A DNA stretch of 63,983 nt, filler included, from Lenisia limosa (taxonomy: Eukaryota > Protista > Breviatea), in assembly GCA_001655205.1 (NCBI GenBank). It is 14 parts of 14 records of this genome, joined end to end, with 100 filler letters (N's around TTAATTAATTAA, not from the genome) between each part and the next. Parts side by side here need not be neighbours in the genome. Positions count along the whole stretch, not along the records: positions 36,865 to 38,983 come from LPNZ01009569.1; positions 39,084 to 46,835 come from LPNZ01001143.1; positions 46,936 to 57,447 come from LPNZ01009926.1; 11 more parts are not named here. One strand, 5' to 3'. The position numbers and the translations under genes were made by a program. Shown piece after piece: positions 38,001 to 51,598 of this stretch (positions are counted from its first letter, which is position 1; each line of letters begins with the position of its first letter). The notes beneath the pieces are model-generated. The model did not search any database. It had not been told where the DNA came from and was given only the letters and a program-made list of their open reading frames with translations.

Positions 38001-38810
38001 TGAAAGAGGTGGGGGATTGAAATATCTACGTGTTATTGATATGCATATCATATACACTGACTAGAATAAGTCTTGGCTGATTGCTCCCTGATTTCTTAAG
38101 TAAATAGGTCAAGACTTATCCAGCTCACTATGTACATATCGATATGTTTACATTGAACATGACGATAGAGTTGAATTGATTACACTAAATTACCCACCAA
38201 AAAAATAAGTTAGTGGCTGACGCTTTGATTATTCACTTCGGTTCGAAAAACTCCGGTAAAATATCGGTAGTTTTCGAGGATTTATCGAGAAATTCAGTCT
38301 TATTTGAACCGAAGTGAAGAACTAAGTATAACCTCACACCAGAAACAGCTCCGGTATGGCATAGTTCTTAAGGGACATATTGATGACGTTGATGATGTCG
38401 CATCCGACCGGCCGTTGCGCCGTTTTAATGGACCAAAGATGGCTGGTGTGCTGGGGGGTGGGGGTAAAATTGGAAAATTTATGAAACAAAAAAAAATAAC
38501 TCTGTTGGCTGACAACACACAAGGGTTGATAACAAACAAAGCCCAGGCCAGTCGCTTTTGAGTACCGCATCCCATAGTTGGGGGAGGGGGTGATGAAAAT
38601 ATGAAATTTTGTACCCGCACTACCCCCACCCCACTTCTGATTTGATTGCGTTGGTCGCGAGGGTGGCGGCAATAGCGACGGCAGCCAATCTTGGTCTGAC
38701 GTGCGCGTGGCGTGACAGGTTGCAACAAACATGGAGGATCCGCGGAGCGAAGAGGAGGGACTGTTGAATGCTGATTGGTCATCAAAATAGATGATGGTAG
38801 GTTGGTGTCC
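35011..38810 (-). CDS. PIGQ: GPI-GlcNAc transferase subunit Q (Gpi1/PIG-Q), both ends truncated by gaps
   Basis: Hallmark EWLMGWPAGFKLNSLLNVWLG, followed by YSFILRLEPYLPTIFSIIAAN|GIFGASFLMGVICDVTSLITMPIFALHVIATKIYVVQRSTISSLW. Assignment of the upstream exons (37000-38810) to the same gene is inferred across a spacer. Confidence 0.85.
38451..38585 (-). mobile_element. Intron 3'-end repeat family A (introner-like), most complete copy
   Basis: Consensus ATGGGATGCGG…GACTGGCCTGGGCTTTGTTTG…TCAACCCTCGTGTGTTGTCAGCCAACAGAGTTGATTTGGGCTTTTTTTGTTTCATAAATTTTCCAATTTTAC(C)nAG. Other copies at ~1663, 5352, 8943, 15545, 18870, 19011, 19340, 19640, 20080, 20470, 22728, 22813, 29478, 30585, 35147, 35692, 37700, 57548, 59740 and 61595. 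Confidence 0.75.
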
Positions 38811-39083
38811 CTATGTATTTATTTGTTTCCCTTGGCTTTAAATGTTTGTTATATAATTCTTGCTATCAAAAAAAATTATACAAGTGTAAAAACACGTATA
38901 TATGTACATATATAGAGGATTTATCGAGAAAATCACTCTTTCTTCGGACCGAAGGGAAGCCCAAATCATACATGTACATGTAGNNNNNNNNNNNNNNNNN
39001 NNNNNNNNNNNNNNNNNNNNNNNNNNNTTAATTAATTAANNNNNNNNNNNNNNNNNNNNNNNNNNNNNNNNNNNNNNNNNNNN

Positions 39084-39947
39084 GCTTCCCAACCCTTTCG
39101 ATGACCCACCTCTCTCTGCACTGCTTCCCAACCCTTCCGATGAGGTAGTACGAAATAGTTGTCCAGCGCTTGGGCCCAAAGAGAACCACCAAGGAGTTCA
39201 GAAGAGCATCTTCCTGGTATCGTAAGTGTGCTTTATATGCTCTACTGACTGAAAAAACTGGACCCCCCCTCCCACTTCTTCTCCCCAGGGTCCCTTCACA
39301 TTCTCGTCGGTAGCAATTTTTTCATACCTACATAGATCAAAAAAAAAAAAAAAACTATGAATTTAATGCTTGAAGAAAGAAGTCGGTAAGCTGGCACAAC
39401 TACGCAACGCATTAATGCAAAAATGACTAAACTATCAACCATAATGCATACCTGAGTTTACAAAGCAGTGCAGGTCGATCTCTGCAATGTTCACTAATTT
39501 CTTCCCAATTGTCTCCATACTTTGAGTACAAGTTAATCAGCTTCTTATCCTGCAAATGTAAGCTTTTCGAGCCGTAATAGGTCGAAATACGGCTCAACAA
39601 ATGATGATACACTATGCCATATGAAATCTGACACTGATGCGCAATCTATTTCTTCCTCCTTCCCAACCTCGTCATCAGTCCAAATACGCATTTCAGCATG
39701 GCTTAGTTGCCTAAATAATATGAGCAAAGAACACGAGATAGCACACGGCACAACTCCAAAATGATAGGCCACCAGCCCACGCTTTGCCAGCAATCACGGA
39801 TGACACCACGCCTGTAGGCTGGACGTAGAAGTTCTGCTGGGCATCAGCAAGCTCCTCATCAGAGGCGACGCCATCCTCGGGGTCACTGTGGTGCGCAGAT
39901 TGAGCTGCGCTTCGCCGTCTCCGAGAACGAGGCGTCCCTGCGGCCAT
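39084..39947 (-). CDS. Myb-repeat transcription factor (at least two repeats; 3' end in gap)
   Basis: MRIWTDDE|DKKLINLYSKYGDNWEEISEHCRDRPALLCKLR|YEKIATDENVKGPWGEE|EDALLNSLVVLFGPKRWTTISYYLIGRVGKQCRER(W). Confidence 0.9.
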
Positions 39948-40807
39948 TTTGGCAATTTAAGATGGAACTATAGCGAGAAATTGGTCTTTAGTTGGGGCTA
40001 GGTTTCCACATGAATTTCGTGAAAAAAAGCGGTCTTTTCAAAACACGGGGAAGAGGCTTTATCCTGCGGTAACCATTATTTAAACATTCATCAGTTCCTA
40101 AAGAGAGGGCACTAGTTCAAAATAAAGCACTGTTTTAGGACAAACTTAGACTGACCAAATTGCAGTTGCTATTCCACTATTTAATTGTGATAAATCAAGT
40201 TAATTTTATTAGTATACGTACGCTATAGTCAAGAAGTCAAGTCCAAGCTGAGTACAAGTTTCAGTTCGTTCTTCCAGTTTTGGGTTTTCCCACAAAGATA
40301 TATACACCCCATGTTCCTTACAGTGTCGGTGGCCGCGCTGCCGTTTTCACCGGGAGAGGAATCTTTTTCACATTATAATTTTCAAGTAAGTAATTGTAAT
40401 TAATCAATAATTAAGCAATTCATGGCTGTATTCTGACGCAGTTCTAATGTGAAATATAACAGACAGATGATAGATGACAGAGTAACTTGAAGGTGTTGTT
40501 TTCGAATTACGATTTTGAAATGTTGTGCGCTGTCTATAGGGGTAAAAATTTATTCCCTTGTGATTTCCCAAGATGATGTATGTGCAACTCTTTGGATTTA
40601 GGAGAAAACAACTCCAAAATCATCACGTCGAATCCAAAGTTAATCAAGTTTGGGGTTTCAAGTAAACTCACGAAATATTATTCTGCATTTCATATTTTCC
40701 GCAAATTTTTTTTTTCATAAATCTTAGCTTCCACTACAATATTATAAGTGCAGTTAATTTTTATTTACAAATCAAAGGGTTATAACGAAGATGCCTTTGT
40801 GAGCTTG

Positions 40808-42225
40808 TCAATGCCTAAATAATTCAGATTTTGAACAACTTACTCTCTCATCGATGCAATTTCAGACTTTTGTTGAGCAAGTTCAGAGTTGTTTTGAGCA
40901 AGTTTAGCTTGCAGTTGCGCCATTTGTTTTTTCATTTCCTCATGCATCAGGTCACTTAATATTTTTTGATCTCCATGGAGCTACATAATTACAAGAGAAC
41001 GTTTCGAACATCAGAACTACACTACCCTTCTCAATTTGTACAACAACAACAACACACACACACACACACACCTGGTAGTTGCATAGTGGCTGTTTGAAAC
41101 AAGAGTCGGCTTTGATGCTACCCGCTTTGGTCACACATGATTCGCCATAATTGAAAACCGTTTGAAAGAGTAAGATCGCCAAAGCAATGTCAAATGCTGA
41201 CGTAGTCGAGCTGTGACAATAAGAAACATATTCAAAGTTGGGGAGAGGGAAATGATTTAAATATTAAATATTGTAAAACAAAAATACTGCGATGACGCAT
41301 TGTAAACAGAAAACATTCAGGCAACACACCATTGACACACCATCTGGCGGTGTATTTAATTAACCAAATATGAAGTAGCATAGACGCCAAATCATTCAGT
41401 GATCTGGTGTGAAATGCAGTGCTGAATAATCTCTATGGATTCACTTTAATTCGAATAAAGACTTGAAAATCATCGAAATATTTCGATACTTTTCAGGTAT
41501 TATTTGGCCCAAAGTGCAAAGTGAACCATATATATAGTATATATATATATATATATATTCAAAGTTGTCGTCCTTCATACAGGATCTTGTTCACTGAGGG
41601 TCATGGCGTCATCGGATCCCAACATACCCTGTGTAAAGCCTTGAAAGCGGATTTGACCGATTGTTTAGGCTGGTATCAAGAATGAGGGAATTTTGAAGTA
41701 AAGTAGTTTATTTATTTGTATAGAATCATGTATCATATATGTATATCATCTGTATATATAGAAGGAAATACTTGACGTATTTGATTATAACTGATATCCT
41801 AGAAGTGAATTAGCATATTTTCTTGTTTATTGTCCCACATTTAAAGTGACGCGAGTAAAATCTGAGCGTTGCTCCAATACTTCGGGATCTGAAATCGGTA
41901 AAGAAATATTTACTGAAATTGGGTTGGCTTTTATGGTGGATAAACGTTTTCCCACAGAGAACTGAAGTAGGGGAATATTTGTTACAATTAATTACCTTTG
42001 TAAACATAACGAAACGGTCATATTCAAAAGTGTACTATATACTTATTATAACTAATGAATACATTCGTGGGTTTGATATACTGTTTTCACCAATATAGTT
42101 AATAGTTGGTACGTTACGAACAGATTGTTGTGATATTTATATTTGATCTTACTTGACTTTCTTTAGCGATTTGAGATCATCAGTGACGTTGTCCAAACTC
42201 AGCAGGATCGTGAACTCCGACCCGA
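40808..42225 (-). CDS. Unknown protein with C-terminal coiled coil (start not found)
   Basis: Exons VIIGSEFTILLSLDNVTDDLKSLKK, DPEVLEQRSDFTRVTLN, …ALAILLFQTVFNYGESC… and LHGDQKILSDLMHEEMKKQMAQLQAKLAQNNSELAQQKSEIASMRE. Confidence 0.5.
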
Positions 42226-42283
42226 TGATTACTTTTGATTATATTTTTTAAATAAGGATTTTTGCAACCAGAAACTATTTACG

Positions 42284-45200
42284 ATGCGAATTAGACAACT
42301 CACGTGTATATTATTGCTGGTTATTTCAGGCTTAGCTGCGTCGTCATCTGTACAGTGAGTGGATCTTTCTCCAACATCCCCTGCATCCATTATTTTGGGC
42401 TCTACGGGTAAATATTATTATATAGTTTTGTATATATACCACTGAACCCGAAAATGATCATTCCACAGGTGCCTTGACGAACATGGCGAACCAGTTGACT
42501 GGTTTGTGACTCTTAAGATCCCGCCATGCTCGACATGCCCTGGGCAAGGCGCAGGATACCTCTACGCAGACGCACACAACCCTCTTTTGAAGGACTACAA
42601 CAAGCGTCTCGACACTCTTCATGGCAATGACATGGCTGGTGTTGTGGTAGGTGGGGCTCAGTGCCTTCTTGTCCCATGGAAGACCAATGTACCCGGGTGG
42701 TATGGTATTGTTGGTAAAAATGGGTTGTCACAAAAACATACGCTTCACCATGGGTAGTAGAGAGATCTCTACTCATCTCCAACTTTAGCGGACCCAACTT
42801 TATGTTCCTGCTGTCAGCTTTACTCTTCCCACACAGACATTGATATATATATATATATTCATATGGGTCTGACCACATTGGTAATAGGGTAGACTATTGA
42901 TAAGGAACAGCTTTTATGGAGCGGATTTGACCAGCTTATTTGTGGAGAGTTGGCGACTATTATCTCACAACACAGCGCACATTGAACCAGATTTATGCCG
43001 ACCCTCGAAGCGAGCACACCGCGTGGGGTATGTACAACGATCAGGACTCCGACGAGTGGCCAGTGGGTGTCTGTCTCTTTTTTCTTATTCCTAGGCATCA
43101 ATATTCAAATTAATTTGAATGATACCATCATCCTCGGAGATTGGACTATTATGATAAATCCTTCTGTTGTCATGATTCCTATTTTTGTCTTTGTCAAGCC
43201 TTATATCAATATGTTTTGGCAATATCTTTCTACAATCTTCAGCACTAATCTTCTATATTCCTCTGTGCAGTTGCCACACCATCCGGTTAGTTGAAATCCA
43301 TCGATATTCGTCTCCTTTTTTTTTGACCTTTCATTCCTTTCTTTGGAATAGTATCACCAATAGTATTACTTTTACTTTGTGTTCTCTATTGTTAAGTTTT
43401 TGTGATTGTATTAGACACAAGGCATAAATTTGAACCTACTATCCTATAATTTTTCTTTTTATATATAATTAAAAATTGTGTTCTTTAACTCTCGAATAGG
43501 TGACAATTTTCCTGGTTTTAATATTTGTAGACACAGACCAACGGACATACCAAGGGAGTGGTTGCATTTGACGACTCCACCGGCTTCTGGTTGATCCATT
43601 CGGTTCCTCGCTACCCGTCTCCTCCCTTCATGGTAACTTGGAGTGCTTTATCATCGAGAACGTCTTCCTTCATGTCCCCAAATATTGAGCTATATCTTCA
43701 ATGGGTATCTTTGAACTTAATATATGTGCAAATTTACACGAATCTTCTCGCAAAAATTGAAATAATGTGGTATTTTCCTCTGTACTGGAAAACAATTCTC
43801 AACCTTCTTATATTCACAAGCTTCAACGAATTTTCATTTTTTTTAGGGTAATATGACGCTTGCACAGAACTTTTGGTGTTAGAGGGGATCACCTATTTTT
43901 TTTTTTTCTTGATTCTGAGGTCCTTCCCGCAGTGACCATCAGTCTTTTCATGATTTCAGCCTACGGACAGTCCATGTTGTGCGTCACTGTCAAATCAAGC
44001 TATTTCGAACGTATTGCACTGCAGTTCGTTAATACGCATCCCTTCTTCTACGATTCCAATATCTCCAATACGTAGGCCAACTTCAAACTGCCTAGAGTAA
44101 TGATGCTACAAGACGTCTTTTCATAACGCCTAACTCTAATCCGGCAGGATGGCTGAGAAGCACCCCGCAATGAAGCTCCGATTCGATAATGCTCGTGACA
44201 CTAAAAGTGACGTTACAAGTGAACTCAAAGTTGTCACTCTTGCGGGACAGGAGTTCATGCAGTATGGGGGGGAGGGGGGGCATCCTTCGCCTGCTGCTTC
44301 GAGGAACTAGTTGCTGTAATGCTCGTTTATTATCATCGTTTTGCTATTATTCTCATTCTCATAGTTACGCTAAGAACCGCGGGTGGGAACATGAGATCTT
44401 CGAAGATTTACTTGCTCCTGCATTCCAATGCGATATGATTGGTGGGCTGCTTGCTAGTCATATTTTGAAGTAGTTTTACTCGTATTTCATGCAAAATCAA
44501 ATGGGTATTTTGATCTACTTCCTTCCCCATGTAATCTCCAACGCCTCTTTCGCCTTGGTTTTTATTCTTCACTCAAAATGTTCACCCTGTAACGAGATAG
44601 TTTTGCTTTCTGCAGTTTTCTGACCTGATTAGCTGAGACCTGGATCAGAAATCCGCCTCTCCCCTCCTACTGCCGCCCCAATTACCGTTACGAAGTCCAC
44701 AACATTAACAGGATATACGTGGGCAAGATGGGGCTTGTTGAGCAGGATTTCATGCGTACTCTCAAAGAATACCCGTTTACACGCTTTTCCTCATCTTTTT
44801 TTCTTGAAATATTATACTATTATACGAGTATATCATACATGATCATTGACTTTCTAGTATCCAGATGATGGTTCTGATTGGAAGGAGACCCAGGATCATT
44901 CAAAGGTGAGCGTTCCTGAGTTATTTAAATAAGTCACTTGGAATTGAATTTGCATTAGTGGAATTAGTCACATGTCATTTGAATCGAAGTATTGTGCCTG
45001 ATGAAGAATCGTTGAAACCTGACCCTCCAGTGGGGCCTTGCCGTTCCAGCGTGCAACAACCCCGTGGTGTGCATCGGAGACATCAATAGAATGAGCAGCC
45101 AATTGCATCGTGGTGGTGGCTACCTTTGCATGAAGCACCCTGAGCTTTATGCTGAGTTCCATAGACTTGTTAAAGGGGTATGTAGGGGAGATGCTGTTTG

Positions 45201-45311
45201 TATACTATAGAATTTTGTGAGATTCACAGGCTTCTGTGCTTCTTATTCTCCATTTCCGAATATCCCTCTATTACACAGCATTGCGGTCCATTTTTTAACC
45301 GAACAGCTTAA
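42284..45311 (+). CDS. DNASE2: Deoxyribonuclease II (acid, secreted/lysosomal)
   Basis: Signal MRIRQLTCILLLVISGLAASSSVQ|CLDEHGEPVDWFVTLK, YNDQ, GHTKGVVAFDDSTGFWLIHSVPRYP, YGQSMLCV, ETW…LPSYC, DHSK|W, CIGDINRMSSQLHRGGG. Confidence 0.95.
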
Positions 45312-45654
45312 TGACTGCGATGAGTAATCCTGTCAGAACAGCCAACATAGAATTTTCTTTCTAACATGCTAAATGCATTCTATCGCATCAAAGCGCTTTC
45401 TCGGAGTTGGGTGGACCTCTGGGGGGGGGGACCTTTATAATAGTGGGTGAACCTCTGTGTGAGTTTCAAGCTTCAGCTTGTACCTCCCGTTTTGCTTTTC
45501 TTCCACTATAGGAAATTGGGTGAATTGTTAAGAAGTAGGTAGATCTACTATTATAAGATAAGTGATAACACTACAAGATGATGATCCCACACAAGACGAT
45601 AATAACATTGCATAACCCAACCATTAGACATAATAGAACAAAAAAGAGAGGAGG

Positions 45655-46835
45655 TCACTGAGTGTGATTGAAGTTTCGGCCGTGCTGAGCATCATACTGC
45701 TGGAACATCCGGTGGAAATCCGACAGGTTCGGGGCGGGACGGCTTTCAGGGGGGAATGGATTCGGGAAGCCCGGGGCTCCTGGTCCTGTATATGCAGGTG
45801 GTCTGGTAGCCTGGGACCGCGGGGGGGATATGGCGGACGCTGAATGGTTACGGTTGAAAACTCAGACCGCAGGTATGTCCCAAGTAATATTACCCATACC
45901 ATGGCCATAGGATTCAAAGACGCTGTCAAGGTCGCGGTGTGGCGACAATGAGTGACGCAAGGGCGCAGTATTCGCGCTCGGCGAAATGGAGGCACCGCGG
46001 TCGGAGGGAGTTGGCGATTTAGAGACATCTCCCGAGACTGGCATGAACGCGCCCATACCACTACAGCGTTAGAAGTTGTGGGAAAGCAATGCGATAAATG
46101 GTCAGGCTCACACGGTTCTAAAGCCGAATCAACAAAAAGACAGGAGATATGTACATGCCCCCACCTGAATAGCGAGGAAGACATGAGAGAGTCTCGCGGT
46201 GTGGGCGAGGGGTCGCGCACCGCATTCTGTCTTGCAAGCTGGGCCAGGCCGTCGTACGAGGGCAGGCGGGGGAACGTGACGGGTTCATCTGGGGGGCAGG
46301 CAAACAACTCGAAGTTGCGTTGCGCCGGCATAGACTCGCCAATTGCACCGAGAGTGAACGATACTGCCCGTTCCGTGGTGTGTTCGGGAGATCGCGGGAT
46401 CTACAGGGTCAGGCTTGGTGGTGGCAAAGTCACGATAATGTGAAATTGAGAGGTTGGTATTGGATAAGGATTCGGTTGCACGCTTGCATTTGATAGTGAA
46501 TAGTTGTGCCAAAAGCAATGAAAAGCATCAATGGAGAAATAATTCAGGGTGGTAACTTACATCCTATAACCTGATAATTGGTGAGGAATACCAGAGAAAA
46601 GATGTCAACAGTGAGAGAAGAAGAAAGGCAATCTCATCAAAAGAGAAAGGCCCACGGACCTTGGCGGAGGAAGACCTGAACTTCGGCTTCTCCTGCTGCG
46701 CGTGGATGGAGTTTGAGGCGAACAGGTTGGACGCATGGGGGCTTGTTGAGGGGCGGTTGTTGGAAGACGACCTCACAAACTTCTGGTCGAACGTCTGGGT
46801 CTCATAGAAGGATGGCTGTTGGAGATTTGGCGATG
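45655..46835 (-). CDS. Ser/Pro-rich disordered protein, C-terminal part
   Basis: Phase-consistent exons ending …SGMGAFMPVSGDVSKSPTPSDRG…|ASAISPPRSQ…HRMFQQYDAQHGRNFNHTQ*. Confidence 0.6.
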
Positions 46836-47042
46836 NNNNNNNNNNNNNNNNNNNNNNNNNNNNNNNNNNNNNNNNNNNNTTAATTAATTAANNNNNNNNN
46901 NNNNNNNNNNNNNNNNNNNNNNNNNNNNNNNNNNNCTTAATGCTTGGGGGAGGAGTGTTTGCTTATTAGTTATGCCACATCTGCTTTTATGGCTGTTTTG
47001 TTTCAATGTTCTTTTGAGCATCTTCCTTTATTAATATCCCAG

Positions 47043-47225
47043 GTGCAAGCAGAGGAAGGTGAAGAAGTGGAAGGACAAGGGGAGGTTGAGGAAGAACTGG
47101 AAGAAGAGCTTGAGGAAGGGGAAGTTGAAGAAGAAGTTGAGGAAGACGTTGAAGATGGGGAGCTTGATGAGGAGGAGGAAATCGTTTTTGAAGTGACTGA
47201 TGATGAAGAGAAGGAAGAAAACTAA
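47043..47225 (+). CDS. Acidic (Glu-rich) terminal exon of a gene whose 5' part is lost at the spacer
   Basis: CCCAG|VQAEEGEEVEGQGEVEEELEEELEE…EEKEEN*. Confidence 0.6.
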   Translation: MQAEEGEEVEGQGEVEEELEEELEEGEVEEEVEEDVEDGELDEEEEIVFEVTDDEEKEEN

Positions 47226-47966
47226 TTGTCGGTACTGGTCTACTATTTATTTCTACTGTATACTCAAACCCTGACTGGCTTATATTGAATCAATTATTTC
47301 TCATTTGTAGAAGAGCCTTGATTCCTTTTTTTTTCATTTTTTGAACAAGGTCCATTACAATCTGTTTCGTCAGTTTAACTGTCCACTAAATAGTTGGGGA
47401 GGAGGGGAGGAGGTAGCTGAGTGGATCCTCGTTGCACCAGAGCTCTGCGTTGGCACGAGCAACTCTTACGAAGAAAGTAGTAAGGCGTGCTTACAGTTAG
47501 CATTGTTAGTCTTTCAAAAAGATCCACATGCAACCGCCCACCACACGCAACATAAGCCCCCTCAACTGCTCAGAGAGCACACAACGAGCTTTCTTTAGAT
47601 AATTTATGATGCTTAAAATTGTCATCACAACATCTCATCTTGATAAATCACAGTAGAGTCTTCGAATAGATCAGTCAACTAACGCTCTATGCACCCCCCC
47701 TTCTGGGTATTACTTTTTTTTACAAAGAATCAAGCAAGCTCATCAAATGAAACAACACCACACTCATAGTTTAACAAATGAAGGCAACATCAGCTCAACA
47801 AGAGGGGGCATAACATTGAAAGGCAAAGATTGATCATAGAAGTTCCACACACGATCACCCCATTATTATCGGAAAGCAGTAAGAAAAACATTAAAAATAC
47901 ATTTTGAGCACGATGACAGACCATACGCAGTGCTCCTGGTGAAGAAACAGGGGGGAGAAGGTGGTC

Positions 47967-48407
47967 TTAGGCAGACTTCTCGAGGCACTCCTGAAAACAA
48001 AGTGAGAAACGCAATTTCAAAAGTCCGACCCCTTAATCAACCCCAACTCACAAGCATGACGATTGAAGAGCCACGAATGAACTAGAAGAGGGTGAGAACA
48101 ACGAGGAAAAGGAAATCAAAGAAGTTGAAAAACTCTATTCCTGGCTAAAAAAGCAGTACTATCCTAACTTACCACAGATCCGATTTCAAAACGACCAGTC
48201 TTGCCCTCTTCAACAGTCTCCTCAACGACAAGGTTCATGAATTGGTCAAATCCACGGAGAACACCAGTAACAGCACGGTTGGCGTTCAGCTTCACTACAT
48301 AAGCGGTTAAAACTAAACAGCAAAAACATCTTCACAGGATTTCCCCACCAACCGAGAACCTTGTGGTCCATGAGGTTCTTGAGATCCGGGAGAATAACTT
48401 TACCCAT
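47967..48407 (-). CDS. SNRPG: Small nuclear ribonucleoprotein SmG (4 exons)
   Basis: MGKVILPDLKNLMDHKVL|VKLNANRAVTGVLRGFDQFMNLVVEETVEEGKTGRFEIGSV|FIRGSSIVML|ECLEKSA*. Confidence 0.95.
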
Positions 48408-49079
48408 TTTAGAATGTTTTAAAGGGAAATTGCGCTTGGTTTTTTATTGCTTTTATACTGCGCGTACACGTGGCGTACCACTTGAAGTTGACCGAGCCAG
48501 AAACAATATTCAATTTTGGCGGCTAACAAGGCAAATATAGGAGTATTTTGTCACTGAATGAATTAAAGATGATAATAATGAATAAAATGAGCACACTTGT
48601 AGTTCTTTTATTATGCATTTGTTGGCAGATCTCGGCAAACAGCCTGGGTTGTGTCCCCTTTTCCACCCTGAGTGCTCCTAAGGTTTGGTCAAACTAAACT
48701 TATTACTGGACCAGCACCCTTTGGTGGTTCTTTCCTCAACGTTGAAATGTATGCTTCCGATAGAAGTCCTCTTCTCCATACCCATTTAACTCAGCCTCAT
48801 CTTTATACTACACTAATTCACAACTTTTATTTATTATTATTTTTATTGGCAATCTTTGTTGGCTATTTACCCTGATTCTATCGATTTGTGACCCTCTTTT
48901 CTTGGATAACCAATTTTCTTCAGGGTATGGTACAGTTAAATATCATGTACATATCATATATGAATATCAAGACAAATCCTTCTCTGTTGGGCTCTGATCA
49001 TTTTATAGTCATCTCTAAAATGCCTGTACAAATTCAATGTTTATTTGGAGACAATGCTTATTTTTTTGGACACAATACC

Positions 49080-49650
49080 TGAACCCGCGTATTCTTTTGA
49101 ATCCCAAGGTTGTATTCTTGCTCTCATCAATTTAGCGATGCTAACCCCACATTGACCTTCCTTTCCGAAGGCTTGTCCAGCTTTGATCATCTCGCCTTTT
49201 GGGTCAACGCCGATAACGCTCTTGATTCTGGNNNNNNNNNNNNNNNNNNNNNNNNNNNNNNNNNNNNNNNNNNNNNNNNNNNNNNNNNNNNNNNNNNNNN
49301 NNNNNNNNNNNNNNNNNNNNNNNNNNNNNNNNNNNNNNNNNNNNNNTGATAAACATGTACATGTATGTATAATGGCTATTAATCATATTGGAACTGCCCA
49401 TTCGCTGTATACATATGATTTCTCAACACTCTATAAGAAGTTCATACAGTCTGACCTCATAAATGATGTTAAAAGCATCGTTGACGAAGCCTTCACTCAT
49501 ATTTCTGAACGGGATTACATCTCTATTGACCATCTGATCTGAAATTAAGTCTCAAATCTGGATTCATTCAACACCAACATGGAACCAATAGTGTCTTGTC
49601 TAAATCTGGTACCGATGCAGCTCCTCTGTTCGCTAAATACTATGTAGAAT
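49080..49650 (+). pseudogene. Decayed reverse transcriptase, Penelope-like retroelement type
   Basis: LAFWVNADNALDS … TAHSLYTYDFSTLYKKFIQSDLINDVKSIVDEAF (cf. PLE motif TYDFSTLYT-IPH). After a frameshift and stop: GTDAAPLFAKYYVE (cf. PMGTNCAPLLA-L-L--YE). No intact YxDD seen. Confidence 0.6.
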
Positions 49651-51104
49651 GTCATATCTACTGGTTGCATAGTGTACCTGATGTAGTATAACGTAGTCAT
49701 AAACCATATCATACATCTAGCTATATGATATCAACCATCTTGCCTTGGTCATTGTTCTTTAGGTCGTACTTCTCAAACATCAAGGAGACCACTGTCCCTG
49801 TAGATTCCAGTACTCAGTATGATGGGAGTGCTTTACATTGGAGCATTTTACTTTTTTTCAGTTGTTTTCTGAGCTGAGATTATTGGGAATCTCAATATTG
49901 TTTCTCAGTTTATACTTGGATACCCTTCTATTAATTTTGTGAAGAAATTAATTGACAAAATTGGATATTAAAGCGTCCGAATGGAGTTTACATTATACGT
50001 CCCACTTCAAATTTTGAAATTAATTATTCAATAATTGCATGGAGCTCTACTTATTACAAGCTTCCCTTTTGTACTCAATGGACATGAACGCGGAGGGACT
50101 CAATCAGTGGCCTGGCACTCCTTTGAGGTGCGCTCTCTTCCAAGTGCTTTTTTATCTCCAAATAGGGAGGGTTTCACTCCTGTTCGGGAATAGACCGTTA
50201 CAATATCGATATTTATCGAGGATTTAACGTGGAATTCAGTCTTTTTTTTCGACCGAAGGGAACCTTGAGTTCAAATGAAAGATAAAATATCCCCTTGGGG
50301 CCCGAGGCCTTTTTTCAAGATGTCACTTTTTGGTAGTGGTCATACAAAGCACAATTTTTTCCACTATAACCACGAAAACGGTATAATGTAGTTATTTACT
50401 GTGGAAATCCTTTCCAGACTGAAAAACAGGGGAAATATTTTATTTTCGTCAAATTCTGGGGATTTTTGGGCAAAAGTACAAAAATTTGAAATTTAATATT
50501 CAAAACGACAAAAATAAGTCAATTTCACCAAATATTAAATGATATAGTATGTATCACCAGATGTCTGTCAAAAAATATATTAAAATGTTGGGAAACCAAA
50601 GGAAAAATAGTTCAAAAGGCATATGCATCAGTTTCCTTTTTAAGAAACTGCAAACAAATATTTGCTTATTTAGTAAATTCAATCAATTAAACACAGTATA
50701 TTTTTTGTGAAAAGATTTGGGATATTTTCGGGGTCCTGTAACCCCATTTTTCACGTGATATTTACAGTAAATCCACTAAATAAAGTAACTAGATAATTAT
50801 TGTGTCAAAACAATGAAATTGGTCGTAGTGAATGAGTAAATGGCACTTTTACTGATAACATTATCAAAACTGGCTTGTATCTACTCAAAAAACCCATCGT
50901 CTCTGGGAGAGACGATGTGCCTGTATATATCATATATATAATGAATATAATATTTTCGGGGACTTTTCTTGAATTCTGTCTTATGAACCATAGTCATTTT
51001 TATTTTGTGAACGATAGAGTTGCACCGAAATAAATCACGTAAAAGGATGGTTGTCAAGTATTTAGGTTTCGATGATACTATATTAGCGGATAAATGAATA
51101 AACA

Positions 51105-51598
51105 CCCATATTGTTATTGATTCTGATTATGATGGTGTTATTGAATCTGATATTGTTATTGATTCTGATGTTGTTATTGATTCTGATGTTTAATTGATGA
51201 TTCTGATGTTTAATTGATTCTGATGTTGTTATTGATTCTGATTTTGTTATTGATTCTGATGTTGATATTGATGTTTAATTGATTCTGATGTTTAATTGAT
51301 TCTGATGTTTAATTTCGACGATATTGGTATATGATATTGGAGAGATGGGAAATAAGGCAAAGTTTTATCTGTACGCCGCGATAAGTCCTGGCACGTATCT
51401 TTATCTTTAATCAATCGTGTCAGGACTTATCTCGGCAACCCCAGTTTATTCCTGAGCACGTTTCATCAACAATCAAGATGAGTTTCACCCCCAAAAAAGN
51501 NNNNNNNNNGTTTAATTGATGATTCTGATGTTTAATTTATTCTGATGTTGTTATTGATTCTGATGTTTAATTGATGATTCTGATGTTTAATTGATTCT
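51105..51598. repeat. Minisatellite, 17-20 bp units (TTGATTCTGATGTTGTTA / TTGATTCTGATGTTTAA), interrupted by ~190 bp containing a MITE
   Basis: More than 15 visible units at 51105-51315 and 51510-51598, running into a gap. Confidence 0.9.

Noticed and set aside
47565-47635. Box C/D snoRNA candidate on the minus strand (GTGATGA…CTGA)
   Set aside because: No terminal stem and no rRNA complementarity that I can recognise; the region could equally be a small exon.
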